Below, one piece after another: positions 9,758 to 18,736 of a stretch of 64,000 nt of DNA; positions within the stretch are counted from its first letter, which is position 1, and each line of letters opens with the position of its first letter. The notes below the pieces were generated by a model. That model had not been told where the DNA came from. It ran no database searches and worked only from the letters and a program-made list of their open reading frames with translations. The position numbers were made by a program, and so were the translations under genes. Origin of the DNA: a virus. The stretch covers positions 2,517 to 66,516 of IMG/VR virus record IMGVR_UViG_3300042387_002461; one strand, given 5' to 3'.

Positions 9758-9792
9758 GCTGCCATAATCGTATCAGACTATGGACAAGTCAA

Positions 9793-10089
9793 CTATCTAT
9801 TATCAGTAATACCTTCTGGATTGTGCCTCTCGAAAGCATCAACAATTTGCTCGATATCGTCCGGGTTATCGTAACGATCATAGTCCTTGTGATTAGGAGG
9901 CTGATAGATATAAGCAACAGTATGATATGTTGCATCCCCTTCCCAATCTTCATCAGTCAATGTCTCGAGAGTTACCTCAAAAGACTTCGGATCCTTTAAA
10001 GCAGCTTCGAAATAATCAACTCTATTGCTAAGTCCCTCACAAACTTTAGTATAAGCTTCTTCTAACAATGTCTGGTCTTTAAACTTCAT
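9793..10089 (-). CDS. MKxKDQxLLEEAY-family protein
   Basis: MKFKDQTLLEEAY. Confidence 0.8.
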   Translation of the reverse strand: MKFKDQTLLEEAYTKVCEGLSNRVDYFEAALKDPKSFEVTLETLTDEDWEGDATYHTVAYIYQPPNHKDYDRYDNPDDIEQIVDAFERHNPEGITDNR

Positions 10090-10090
10090 G

Positions 10091-10348
10091 CTATTTTATT
10101 TCTATTCCTCCACCTGGTCCTTGTTCGTAAATCTTGATCTTAAAAGCTTCAGGATAGGCCATTCCTTGAAGCCATGCATGTGCCACTTGCTCACTAAAGA
10201 AAGCCTCCTTGAAGATATCACCTTCCTTGTCTGGTCTGACAATAATATAAACCCTCACTTTCTCGTTATGTTCGCCTTCTTGCTCATTGACGGGCAATTG
10301 GATCTTTGCATAAGCTTCTTCTAATAATTGTTGGTCTTTGGACTTCAT
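10091..10348 (-). CDS. MKSKDQxLLEEAY-family protein
   Basis: TAAATAAACTCATG; shared N-terminus. Confidence 0.8.
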   Translation of the reverse strand: MKSKDQQLLEEAYAKIQLPVNEQEGEHNEKVRVYIIVRPDKEGDIFKEAFFSEQVAHAWLQGMAYPEAFKIKIYEQGPGGGIEIK

Positions 10349-10356
10349 GAGTTTAT

Positions 10357-10602
10357 TTAAGCGTTATGCATTCCAAATTGATAAGCAGCAGCCATAGCAT
10401 CTCTTACGCTTGGGTCTGATACTAGATTCGGAATATTAAAATTGCTTGCAATCGTGTCCAATAATTTTTGAGTCTCAGAATCCAATGAGTGATAAGAACG
10501 CGGCTGTAAACTATAGTAAGATTTCAATTTTTGTTTTTCTGCTTCTGTTCCGCGCAGAGACGTATAAGCTTCTTCTAATAATGTTTGGTCTTTGGACTTC
10601 AT
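10357..10602 (-). CDS. MKSKDQxLLEEAY-family protein
   Basis: GATAAATAAACTCATG; shared N-terminus. Confidence 0.8.
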   Translation of the reverse strand: MKSKDQTLLEEAYTSLRGTEAEKQKLKSYYSLQPRSYHSLDSETQKLLDTIASNFNIPNLVSDPSVRDAMAAAYQFGMHNA

Positions 10603-10619
10603 GAGTTTATTTATCTAAC

Positions 10620-10862
10620 TCAAGCTAACATCTCTGGTTCTTGCCAATATAAAGTTGAGAAGTTAGCAAGCCATCCTCCAGACGAGTGCCGAATGCCTGA
10701 GAAGACCTTAGAACCAGACTGATCATCCCGAACCATATAAAAGTCTCCCTTCTCTCCTTCAACATTATACTTGACCCTGCGAGCCTCTTTAATAAGCTCC
10801 ATGAAGTGCTTGTGAGGAACGACTCGAGTGAATGAATTGTGAATTGTTTGCGCAGTTGTCAT
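10620..10862 (-). CDS. hypothetical early cassette protein
   Basis: Start corrected to ATG after promoter. Confidence 0.75.
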   Translation of the reverse strand: MTTAQTIHNSFTRVVPHKHFMELIKEARRVKYNVEGEKGDFYMVRDDQSGSKVFSGIRHSSGGWLANFSTLYWQEPEMLA

Positions 10863-10898
10863 GCGATTGATATTCAGGAAAGGTCTTGGACAGGTCAA

Positions 10899-11123
10899 CT
10901 ATCGAGGCAAAGAAGGTCCTGCTACTACAATCTCTTTAGTATCTGGATCATAAGCCATTGCTGCATACTGATCTACAGGTCGCTTGAAGTCCCAGAACTG
11001 ACCAATGGCACAATCTAATGCTTTGTTCCAGTCTACTTCTTTAGGCAGTCCATCCTTATCGACTATCTTCATTCCCTCGAGAATGTTTATCACTTCTTCG
11101 TTTGTCCAGTTGTCTCTTTTCAT
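10899..11123 (-). CDS. hypothetical early cassette protein
   Basis: Own promoter at ~11149. Confidence 0.7.
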   Translation of the reverse strand: MKRDNWTNEEVINILEGMKIVDKDGLPKEVDWNKALDCAIGQFWDFKRPVDQYAAMAYDPDTKEIVVAGPSLPR

Positions 11124-11159
11124 TGTTTAGATCTTAGTTTCCTTTGTTGGACGAGTCAC

Positions 11160-11390
11160 CTATCGACCCACTCCCATTCCTCCATACTTCAGCATAGAAT
11201 TTGTCAAATAGAATTGAAGAGATCTTGTTGAGTCTAGTGGGGAGATATCTAAAGCAATCTTGCGCTTATCAAGCTGCTTAATGGAAGAACTCTCCACGAC
11301 CTCTTTGATCTTTGCTTTGAGGTCCTCGCAATTTTGGATCTCCATAAGTTGATTGAAGTGCTTCAGGAAGATAGAGCTGATTTGTTTCAT
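11160..11390 (-). CDS. hypothetical early cassette protein
   Basis: Start corrected to ATG after promoter. Confidence 0.7.
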   Translation of the reverse strand: MKQISSIFLKHFNQLMEIQNCEDLKAKIKEVVESSSIKQLDKRKIALDISPLDSTRSLQFYLTNSMLKYGGMGVGR

Positions 11391-11426
11391 AAGATAGATA
11401 TTAGAAGTTGAGGGTGGACAAGGCAA

Positions 11427-11693
11427 CTATTGCTTTGCCATCCAATCTTGCTTAACCTTATTGTACCACTGTGGATTCTTCTCTCTAAGGATTTCCAAAG
11501 GAGCCTTGCGATCAATGTTCAAATCAAAGAAGTAATCTTCAACACTATGAGAAGCAACTAGCTCTTTCTTGAACTTAGTCATTGAGACTGGACCGCTATG
11601 CTTGAACCTAGCAACAAACTGACGCTTCGGTCCGTAAGTGAGGTAGGCTCCTTCTTTGTGAAGCTCTGCAAGAGTGAATTTAGTAGGAATCAT
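11427..11693 (-). CDS. hypothetical protein
   Basis: TAATG-coupled to upstream gene. Confidence 0.7.
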   Translation of the reverse strand: MIPTKFTLAELHKEGAYLTYGPKRQFVARFKHSGPVSMTKFKKELVASHSVEDYFFDLNIDRKAPLEILREKNPQWYNKVKQDWMAKQ

Positions 11694-11875
11694 TATTTTG
11701 AAAATACTTTAACAAAGCTTACAACAATAGCCAAAAGAACGAACATAAGAGCTAGTCCAAGCTGAGCAATCATTGGAGACATAACCCACCACCAAGACCA
11801 ATCAATATGGTTCGTAAGCTTCAGACCAACAAAGAGGATTGTGAGAAGAGATAAGAATGACAGATTGATTTTCAT
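11693..11875 (-). CDS. small two-TM membrane protein (LKL..IDWSWWWV.SP family)
   Basis: Motif typical of phage Tmemb_185A/Fragile-X-F-like small membrane proteins; start corrected. Confidence 0.7.
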   Translation of the reverse strand: MKINLSFLSLLTILFVGLKLTNHIDWSWWWVMSPMIAQLGLALMFVLLAIVVSFVKVFSK

Positions 11876-11927
11876 TACAGAGATGATCTTAGAGGTTGAT
11901 AGTGGACAGGTCAAGCTCCAGTGTTCT

Positions 11928-12146
11928 TCACAGACTACTGTTTGGGCACTTGTTCCAAAGGCATTTGACATTAGGCAAGCAATACTTGCAAGTAGAGTGC
12001 CAACCTTCTTTAGGCCAAGTATGCTTTGGTTGATTGCTGTGTTGTACAGTGCTGCAGAATGTTTTGAAGTCTGTTTGAGCTTGATTGACTGTTGAGCAGG
12101 CCGACAAGAGTGCTCCTGTTATAATTGCAAGTGCAATGTGTTTCAT
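11928..12146 (-). CDS. putative small lipoprotein with C-terminal 4-Cys motif
   Basis: MKH-hydrophobic-LLSAC lipobox; CxxC-x5-C-x4-CPN. Confidence 0.7.
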   Translation of the reverse strand: MKHIALAIITGALLSACSTVNQAQTDFKTFCSTVQHSNQPKHTWPKEGWHSTCKYCLPNVKCLWNKCPNSSL

Positions 12147-12191
12147 GGTGTTGATTGTATGTTGGGTTGATGGACAGGTCAATAAAAGTTC

Positions 12192-12495
12192 TTACCAGCG
12201 ATTGTTGTAATAACCTCTTGCTGGTTGGGAGTTATAGATGATTGTTTGCTGGGGATAATAAACTGGCTGCATCTGCTGATAAGGCCTCATATAAACCGTT
12301 TGCGGAACACTATAAACAACATTCTGCTGATAATATGTCCTAGTCTGGTAGGTTGGATAACATTGATTGTTCTGATTGTTTCCCCATTGGAATCTAGCAC
12401 CATTGCCAAGAGTAAAGCCCCAGGAAGGCCCTGCTTGAACTTTAGAAGCAAGAAGAACAATTGTCAGAACAGAGAATGCGAGTAGTTTTTTCATT
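12192..12495 (-). CDS. secreted Q/Y/P-rich protein
   Basis: Signal peptide MKKLLAFSVL...VQA; start corrected to 12495. Confidence 0.7.
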
Positions 12496-12529
12496 GTGAA
12501 AATAATCTTAGAGATTGTTTGAGGACAGA

Positions 12530-13017
12530 TCAAGCTGCTTTGGCAAATTTTGGAAGTTTCTTCAGAGCACTCAAGCAAATACTGAAGTAAGCACAACCAT
12601 CGCAACGTCTTCCGTTATTCAGAAATATGTCTGGTCGCAAGCAAGCTGATTTATAGATTCTTGAGTAAGTTGTTCTGAACTCATTGGAACGGGCTGATAT
12701 TTAAATGTAGGCAATTCATAGATTACTTCTTCCTTCTGAACTTCTGCAAGAGGCTGTTTCTTTGGAGAAGCTTCCTTCCTTTTATAATTCCTCAGAAGGT
12801 TCTCGAGACCACCATACTCTTTAATCTTCTTATCCTTCCAAGGACCCACGCAAGTTGTGAGCTTTCCAGTAGCATTGCAAGGAAGCTTGTTACCAGGAAT
12901 TGTATTATGGACCTTGTAAAACTCAATAAATTGCTTGATCTGCTCTTCGCTCAAGAGCTTGCCAGCAACCGCTTTGAATTGTTTTGCGGAACCTTTTTTA
13001 GCACGATTGGACTTCAT
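12530..13017 (-). pseudogene. Cys-containing protein with apparent 1-nt frameshift near 12650
   Basis: Frame from ATG 13017 stops at 12619; alternative frame continues SACLRPDIFLNNGRRCDGCAYFSICLSALKKLPKFAKAA to TGA at 12530. Confidence 0.55.
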
Positions 13018-13049
13018 GAGGATAATCTTAGAGAGTTGTCGTGGACAGC

Positions 13050-13223
13050 TCAAGCTTCTTGGTACATCAGTTCGTCTAACTGAAGTTCTTCTCCTCCTCG
13101 GACTGTCAAGCCACCTGGCAAACGAACTTCGTACATATTCACACAATAATCAAGACGCTTTACAACATAACCTCGGAAGCCATCTTTCGTGACAATATAA
13201 TCTTTTGGATTGAATGTATTCAT
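13050..13223 (-). CDS. hypothetical early cassette protein, 57 aa (MNTFNPKDYIVTKDGFRGYV...)
   Basis: Not in ORF track; own promoter; stop overlaps next -35 TTGA. Confidence 0.7.
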   Translation of the reverse strand: MNTFNPKDYIVTKDGFRGYVVKRLDYCVNMYEVRLPGGLTVRGGEELQLDELMYQEA

Positions 13224-14013
13224 AACAGAAAAGATCTTAGAGAGTAGTTGCGGACAAGTCGAGAATTATTTTTGAAGTTGTCTTGTCCTTTTGAATAGTT
13301 GCCAATAAATCCATCGAAAGGATGGAAGGATGGCTTTCAGGAAGCGCTCTCGTCTCTCCACCGAATGCGCTGGTAGCACGGCAGAGAGAAAAGCTATGGA
13401 GAGAAACTTTGAGAGAGAAAGTCTCTTAATCTCTTTCGTTCTTCCATTTAGACCTCTTATAGTCTTTTGCAGACTTGAAGGCTCTTGGAGCTGGAAGAGT
13501 TGGTTTACGAATTGATTTAAGACATTCTAGCTGAGTTGGAAGCTTTTTCATACAACAGACCTTCAAGAAACCTTCTGGACATCTCAACTATTTTTTGGGT
13601 TGCTTGAAGGGAATCAAACCCTCTCCGTCTCCGCCACAAGGAGAAGTGCTAATCGTTACACCACAAGCAACATATGAAATTAACTCTTCTTTCGCGGCCT
13701 TCCAACTTTCTTTGCAAGAACTTTCTTCTTTGAAGGATAAACTGTGCTCATGAACTTTGGCATCTCCTCACTTGCACAAGACCTAATAATCCTCAGATAA
13801 GCCTCTGGAGGCAGACAAGTTTGGTAATTGTTCTCAGAAGCAGAATTAAAGCCGTTCATAGAATTTCAAAAAGATAATCTGGTTCCAATCCATTTTCGTA
13901 AAGAACTTCTTCAGGATCTTCACCATCAAGTACCATCAATCTCATTTCCTTGATTGAGTGCTTTGCTTCTTGTTCCGTCAGGCCTTGGCCAGACATTAGT
14001 GCTTCTTTGAGGC

Positions 14014-14175
14014 TCATCGTGTTGTTTCTTTAATTGTTTTTTGGAGATAGTTTGAAGATTCTTCCGGAGTCATCTCTTCGAGAGCTTGCACCATTGCACT
14101 CATGTAGCCAATGATATAGTCTTTAGACTCACCTTTATCTTCAAGATTCTTGATAATTTGATTGATTTTGTTCAT
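14014..14175 (-). CDS. hypothetical early cassette protein
   Basis: Start corrected. Confidence 0.65.
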   Translation of the reverse strand: MNKINQIIKNLEDKGESKDYIIGYMSAMVQALEEMTPEESSNYLQKTIKETTR

Positions 14176-14215
14176 AACAGGAATGATCTTAAAGGTTGAT
14201 TGAGGACAAAGCAAC

Positions 14216-14458
14216 TTAAAAGGTCTTGTCTGCAATTGTCAGTTCATCCACTTCAATGAACAAAGACTGCACATAAGACTCAGTGCGACGGAAAGGGTCA
14301 GACAAGTCTCCTTCTTCGCTTTTTACAAGAGTCCTCTTTCCTTTGTAAGTACAAAAGATTGGACAGAAGTTTCCAATTTGTTCAGAACGAAGCTTGCGCT
14401 TGATTGTGTTGATGATTTGACCAGTTGGCTTGAAGCGGACTTGGATAAGTTGTTTCAT
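14216..14458 (-). CDS. hypothetical early cassette protein
   Basis: Own promoter at ~14485. Confidence 0.7.
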   Translation of the reverse strand: MKQLIQVRFKPTGQIINTIKRKLRSEQIGNFCPIFCTYKGKRTLVKSEEGDLSDPFRRTESYVQSLFIEVDELTIADKTF

Positions 14459-14468
14459 GAGTTTGATC

Positions 14469-14699
14469 CTAGAGATTGTTCAGGGACATGTCAAGAAGAT
14501 TCATCAGCTTTTTGTTGTTGTTAACATATTCAAGGAGTTCATCCGCACATTCTTCTTGCAGATAAGCAATTGCTTCTGTAACATCTATCAAATTTGCTCG
14601 AAAGTCTTCAACAATTCTTTGTGATGTCTCACTTGCGAGTTCCTCTAGAGGAATTTCTTCAAGCCAGTCAACAATTGCTCCTTCTATTGTAGTTGTCAT
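14469..14699 (-). CDS. hypothetical acidic protein
   Basis: TAATATG coupling. Confidence 0.65.
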   Translation of the reverse strand: MTTTIEGAIVDWLEEIPLEELASETSQRIVEDFRANLIDVTEAIAYLQEECADELLEYVNNNKKLMNLLDMSLNNL

Positions 14700-14700
14700 A

Positions 14701-15024
14701 TTATAACTTTCCAATCTCTACACTACCGGATACCTCTGTGATCTCATTTCGTCCTTCAACCTTAAAGGACCAACCGCTCGCTGTCTTTTGGAATGGCTTA
14801 TCAGACACAAAGCGATCAATAACTTTTCCTTGCTCATCTTTCACACGCACCCTATACAGTGGGCCTCCCCAGCCATGAAACTTTTTAAGGACCGAGATAC
14901 CTTCAGAATGTTCAAAAAGAACAATTCCTTCTCGAGTATCCAATTTATTCTTTGGAAGAGTCGTTGGAGATTCTTTTTGAGGAACGACCGTGGAGATCAG
15001 AACTGCAGCTAGTAGTGTTTTCAT
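14701..15024 (-). CDS. hypothetical secreted/membrane protein
   Basis: MKTLLAAVLIS N-terminus; start corrected. Confidence 0.65.
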   Translation of the reverse strand: MKTLLAAVLISTVVPQKESPTTLPKNKLDTREGIVLFEHSEGISVLKKFHGWGGPLYRVRVKDEQGKVIDRFVSDKPFQKTASGWSFKVEGRNEITEVSGSVEIGKL

Positions 15025-15110
15025 AAAAGAGATCTTGGAGGATGAACAAGGACAGCTCAAGAAGATTTTTTGAAATGTTTTGGAAAAGTTTCTTTTAGTT
15101 CGTAGTGAGA

Positions 15111-15154
15111 CATGGCGATTCTTGGCACTAGGATCGTTTATAAGGCGTTTTGTT
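15111..15154. repeat. 44-bp dispersed intergenic repeat, copy 1
   Basis: CATGGCGATTCTTGGCACTAGGATCGTTTATAAGGCGTTTTGTT. Confidence 0.85.
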
Positions 15155-15162
15155 TGAGAACA

Positions 15163-15203
15163 GGAAAAGGACCTTTGAAAGGGTTTAATTTTTCAAAGGT
15201 CCT
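15163..15203 (-). terminator. intrinsic terminator downstream of tmRNA
   Basis: AGGACCTTTGAAA/TTTCAAAGGTCCT stem plus T tract. Confidence 0.75.
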
Positions 15204-15309
15204 CAGTGTTATGAACAAAGTTTGTTAGCAAGGTCTTCATTGGCTACCAGGTCTTAAACCTGCTGGACGAAGATTACTTTTTAGCCTGCCTACTCGGCAC
15301 TAACTAAAG

Positions 15310-15980
15310 TGGTGGAGGCGAGGGGACACTTACCCACAAATTTCTCTGTGGCGTGGACTATGTCTTCAACCCTGTGGGCTGACGGATGCTTATTTTTAAA
15401 TGAGCGAGATGCTCATTTTTTACCTGTACTCAGGTAGTCTCTGAACGTTCTTCTTTTTTAAGAAGCTCCGCTTAACGTTGCCATGCAACTTTTTAGTTGT
15501 TTAGGTTTCACTAAATTCTTCCGTTTTTTTCATCAAGCATTACTGCTTGAGGCGACGATTTTCATCGCACCCCTGTCTTTATAACGTTTACATAATAACT
15601 CTTCACATGCTTGGAAGGATTTAGCATTTGTTGACAAAAGGCTGCTATGGCTCAACGGCCTATCTTTTAATGTCTGCCTACACGAGCGAAAGGTCTCGTA
15701 TTACCTCTGTGCTTGTTTTTCCATGATCTATAACAGTTCATCAAAACCTCTGCAGTTCAAAGTAGATTTAGAGGATCCTCTACTAGGCTCTTAGGCAGCA
15801 AGAACTTCGCAGCCAAAGCTAGCGAGGATCTCGTCAGCGTTGTTTACAATGCTCTCGGCTTCTGCCAAGATATCAGAATTAGATTCTGCTTTTAGTTTTT
15901 AATCGATTTTAACGTGGCCATCGATCAACCACGGCATGCGTCATTAGTATCAATCATAAATCGATATCTATTGCGCCCCC
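15310..15980 (-). ncRNA. ssrA: tmRNA (exons 15980..15564 and 15326..15310)
   Basis: 5' GGGGGCG pairs with 3' CGCCTCC-A-CCA incl. G3.U70; pk1 CCGTGG/CCACG and TTGATCGAT/ATCGATTAA; tag frame 15889..15791 ending LAA-stop; T-arm AGGGG-TGCGATT-CCCCT after intron removal. Confidence 0.95.
15327..15563 (-). mobile_element. group I intron (237 nt, no ORF) in tmRNA T-loop
   Basis: P1 GCGAU/GUCGC with U.G at 5' splice site; CAGAGACTA and AAGACATAGTCC (P7 GACUA/UAGUC); terminal G. Confidence 0.92.
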
Positions 15981-16225
15981 ACGTAAATTATTTGTCAAAG
16001 ATCATTTGAAACCATTCGGTCTCTTTCTGCAACTACTATCTCTTACTTATCTCAAAAGTCTATTGTTAATTTCCGAAACTCTTCAAACTGCTCGCTGCAA
16101 CAACATTTCTCAAGTTCTCATTCTCTTGCCGGACCTTCTCTAGTTCTTTCTGAAGGTCTTCACAAAGCTTCCGAAAAGCTTCTCTTTCATTCCAAAGTTT
16201 GTCAAATTGTTGATGATTCACTCAT

Positions 16226-16420
16226 CTACTTAATCTCTTGAATCTCTTCTTGAAGTTCTTCAGGAGTCTTCATTCGAAAGTTTCCATTCGGAAGTTCGAT
16301 TGCAAAACCCTCTTCGACCAAGTATTTCAATTGCAATTGAATCTCTTGCTCCAGATCTTCTTGAGAATTAATTCCAAGAGCTTCAAATGTTTCTAGTGTC
16401 TTTTTAGCGTGTTTGTTCAT
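16226..16420 (-). CDS. hypothetical protein
   Basis: Likely start MNKHAKK. Confidence 0.6.
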   Translation of the reverse strand: MNKHAKKTLETFEALGINSQEDLEQEIQLQLKYLVEEGFAIELPNGNFRMKTPEELQEEIQEIK

Positions 16421-16438
16421 TTTAGAATGTCTTTCCAA

Positions 16439-16651
16439 TTAGTTTTTGTTCAGTGCATTAGGACAAGAAGGAACTTTACAACGAGTGTTGATAAGACACC
16501 AAGAGCAATTTGGATCAGCTTGAAGAGGCTCGAATGTTCCGAAAACTGCCCGAACAATTTTATCAGCTTGTCGCTTGCCATCTTCTTGTCGAGGAGTTGT
16601 CTGACATGCTGAGAGTGCTACTACTGCTATAAGGAGGATTGCTTTTTTCAT
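16439..16651 (-). CDS. putative small lipoprotein with 4-Cys motif, paralog of 11928..12146
   Basis: ALSAC lipobox; CSWC-x5-C-x4-CPN. Confidence 0.7.
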   Translation of the reverse strand: MKKAILLIAVVALSACQTTPRQEDGKRQADKIVRAVFGTFEPLQADPNCSWCLINTRCKVPSCPNALNKN

Positions 16652-16690
16652 TTGAAAGAACTTTAGAGATTTCCTTTGGACAGTTCAATG

Positions 16691-17059
16691 CTAATCTTGC
16701 AAATGTTTCAGAAGTTGAATTGTATTTCCATCAAACTTCTCCCAACCAAAGGATTTGCAAAGATAATATTCAGGAAGGCTCGAATTAGAGTTTTGAAGAT
16801 AAGGAGCCACTCGAACAATATCTCCAACAGACAAAGAAGGTCCTTTGAACTCTAGACGCTTTAGAAGACGTTTCTGATCTTCTTCCAAGATCTCTTCTGG
16901 AGCATTTGTAAGATGAAAAGCAAGCTCTGCAGCCTTCTCTCCGCTCTCTTCGCAATCAAAAGAAATATGCTGATTGCGATCTACAAACCAGTTCTCACGA
17001 ATTTTATGATATTCCATTGTCCAAGGAAGATGAAAGGCTGTGACTTTTGTTTGTTTCAT
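16691..17059 (-). CDS. hypothetical protein (SLSVGDIV...YLC...GW motif)
   Basis: YodL-like C-terminal motif. Confidence 0.6.
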   Translation of the reverse strand: MKQTKVTAFHLPWTMEYHKIRENWFVDRNQHISFDCEESGEKAAELAFHLTNAPEEILEEDQKRLLKRLEFKGPSLSVGDIVRVAPYLQNSNSSLPEYYLCKSFGWEKFDGNTIQLLKHLQD

Positions 17060-17071
17060 ATGTTTATAAGT

Positions 17072-17419
17072 TCACCCTAAAACCCAAATTCCGTTTTCGT
17101 CCTCACTAACTTCAAAGTGTTTGTCTTTTTTTATCTTTTCAAGAACTTTATAGACATTTTCGTTAAAAATTCTTCCGTGACTAAAGTAAGCTGGTTTGCC
17201 GAGTTGCTTGATAAGTTCTTTAATCTTTTCAGAAGCAATTCCTTTACCTTGATGCTTTGGTTTAATCTGAAGATGCATCTCGATATAATCTGTTCCTTCA
17301 CGAGATTTTTCTTTAAACAGAATCTCTCCTTCTGGAAATGATGCTTTAGAAAACTCTGAGCTTTTAGTAATTTTCAAGCTTTCTTGAATTTGTTCAACTA
17401 AGCGATCGAATTGTTTCAT
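17072..17419 (-). CDS. GNAT-family acetyltransferase-like protein
   Basis: LQIKPKHQGKGIAS acetyl-CoA-binding motif A. Confidence 0.6.
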   Translation of the reverse strand: MKQFDRLVEQIQESLKITKSSEFSKASFPEGEILFKEKSREGTDYIEMHLQIKPKHQGKGIASEKIKELIKQLGKPAYFSHGRIFNENVYKVLEKIKKDKHFEVSEDENGIWVLG

Positions 17420-17501
17420 GTAGGAACTCTAGAAAGTTTTTGTGGACAAGGCTAGTTCTTTTTACGGTTTTTTTATCTGGCTTACCGTAAACCTTCTTCA
17501 A

Positions 17502-17774
17502 TCAAACAAAAAGCTTTGAAAGCTTCTGATGAATTGCTTTCAGGTGCTCTTCGCAAAAGTTCTGAGCAGCTTCTTGTGTTTTGAAAGTCTTCTTAGAAAT
17601 CCTTGTCTCGTCTGCAAAGTCATTCACAAAGAGGAATGTTGCAAATTGTTTGGTGTCCCAATCAATATCAACAACATAAGTCCAGTTGAGTGCTTTGACG
17701 TCTGCTTCGAGCCATCCAGCAGAATTGTCATCACAAGACTTTTTCTTCCATTTCAGAATGTTTTTAGTGTTCAT
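17502..17774 (-). CDS. hypothetical protein
   Basis: 90 aa ORF. Confidence 0.65.
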   Translation of the reverse strand: MNTKNILKWKKKSCDDNSAGWLEADVKALNWTYVVDIDWDTKQFATFLFVNDFADETRISKKTFKTQEAAQNFCEEHLKAIHQKLSKLFV

Positions 17775-17922
17775 TAGAAAATCATCCGATTTTGTATTAT
17801 TCGCGTATTCGCAAATTTTCAGATCTTCGGGAACTGTTAATATGATTGGTTCTGTTTTTTATGTTGAAGTTATTTCACTTCTATCAGTCCAGCGACTGCT
17901 GATTGACTACTCTTTTAATATC

Positions 17923-18309
17923 TCACAGACTGGTGGAATTGTCAACCTCTTTTTCAAAAATATTTCCAATAATTTTTATCTCTTCAAAGTCTGCCAAGCA
18001 ATTATCTTCTTGCAGAATCATTGCCCAGTTTTGTTCAATCTCTTTCAAACGGAATGCAGAGTCCTTATAGACTACTTCAAACTTTCCAAAGCCGTGAGGT
18101 TGCTTATTGATGATTACTTCGACAAGATCTCCTTCTGTTATCAGAATGTTGTTGATGTCTCTTTTATCAGAAACGAGAAGAGCAGCTGAGAAGGAGTCAA
18201 TAATCGTCGAGAATTCTGAGCAATCGACAATATCTTGCAGAGACATGCTCTTTCCGTTGTTCAGAAAAGAGTTTGTTTTGTTGTCCCAGATTTTAAAGTG
18301 ATGCTCCAC
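17923..18309 (-). CDS. YopX-family protein
   Basis: FKIWD...DK....I.EGD.V...V.Y....F...IKIIGNIFE. Confidence 0.75.
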   Translation of the reverse strand: MEHHFKIWDNKTNSFLNNGKSMSLQDIVDCSEFSTIIDSFSAALLVSDKRDINNILITEGDLVEVIINKQPHGFGKFEVVYKDSAFRLKEIEQNWAMILQEDNCLADFEEIKIIGNIFEKEVDNSTSL

Positions 18310-18349
18310 AGCATTATTTTAGAGCGCTTGGAAGATTTTTCAAGGCAAA

Positions 18350-18381
18350 GAAAAAGCCCTCTGTTTAGAAAGGGCTCTTCT
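18350..18381 (-). terminator. intrinsic terminator
   Basis: AGAGCCCTTT/AGAGGGCTTT plus T tract. Confidence 0.7.
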
Positions 18382-18407
18382 TATATTATGGACTTAGAGA
18401 TTTTTTA

Positions 18408-18725
18408 TCAGGAAAGTTGTTCAGAAGAGACTGGAAGAAGAGTAGAGGCTTCTTCCATTGAAATAACTTCTACTTGAGCAAAGAGATCGTTATCAAGAAG
18501 ACCAAAGCCCTGAGAGTAAAGACCTCCAGGCTGGATTTCAGTAAGAAGATCAGCACAGAGCATGAATTTTCCATCTGTAAGTTCTACAGGAGAAGCTTTA
18601 TGTTGGCTGTTGAATGTTTCTTGAGTAGCTTCTAAAATTTCTTTTAGAGAAGAATTGAATACCAATGCAAGATTTTTGAGTTCTTCGTATGATTTGTTTT
18701 GAGTAATGAGTTCTTGTAAATTCAT
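18408..18725 (-). CDS. hypothetical protein co-transcribed with 18737..19555
   Basis: 105 aa ORF. Confidence 0.7.
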   Translation of the reverse strand: MNLQELITQNKSYEELKNLALVFNSSLKEILEATQETFNSQHKASPVELTDGKFMLCADLLTEIQPGGLYSQGFGLLDNDLFAQVEVISMEEASTLLPVSSEQLS

Positions 18726-18736
18726 ATTAGTAAAAA

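Noticed and set aside
15225-15309. HDV-like (theta) ribozyme after the tmRNA 3' end
   Set aside because: Only two simple hairpins visible; no nested double pseudoknot
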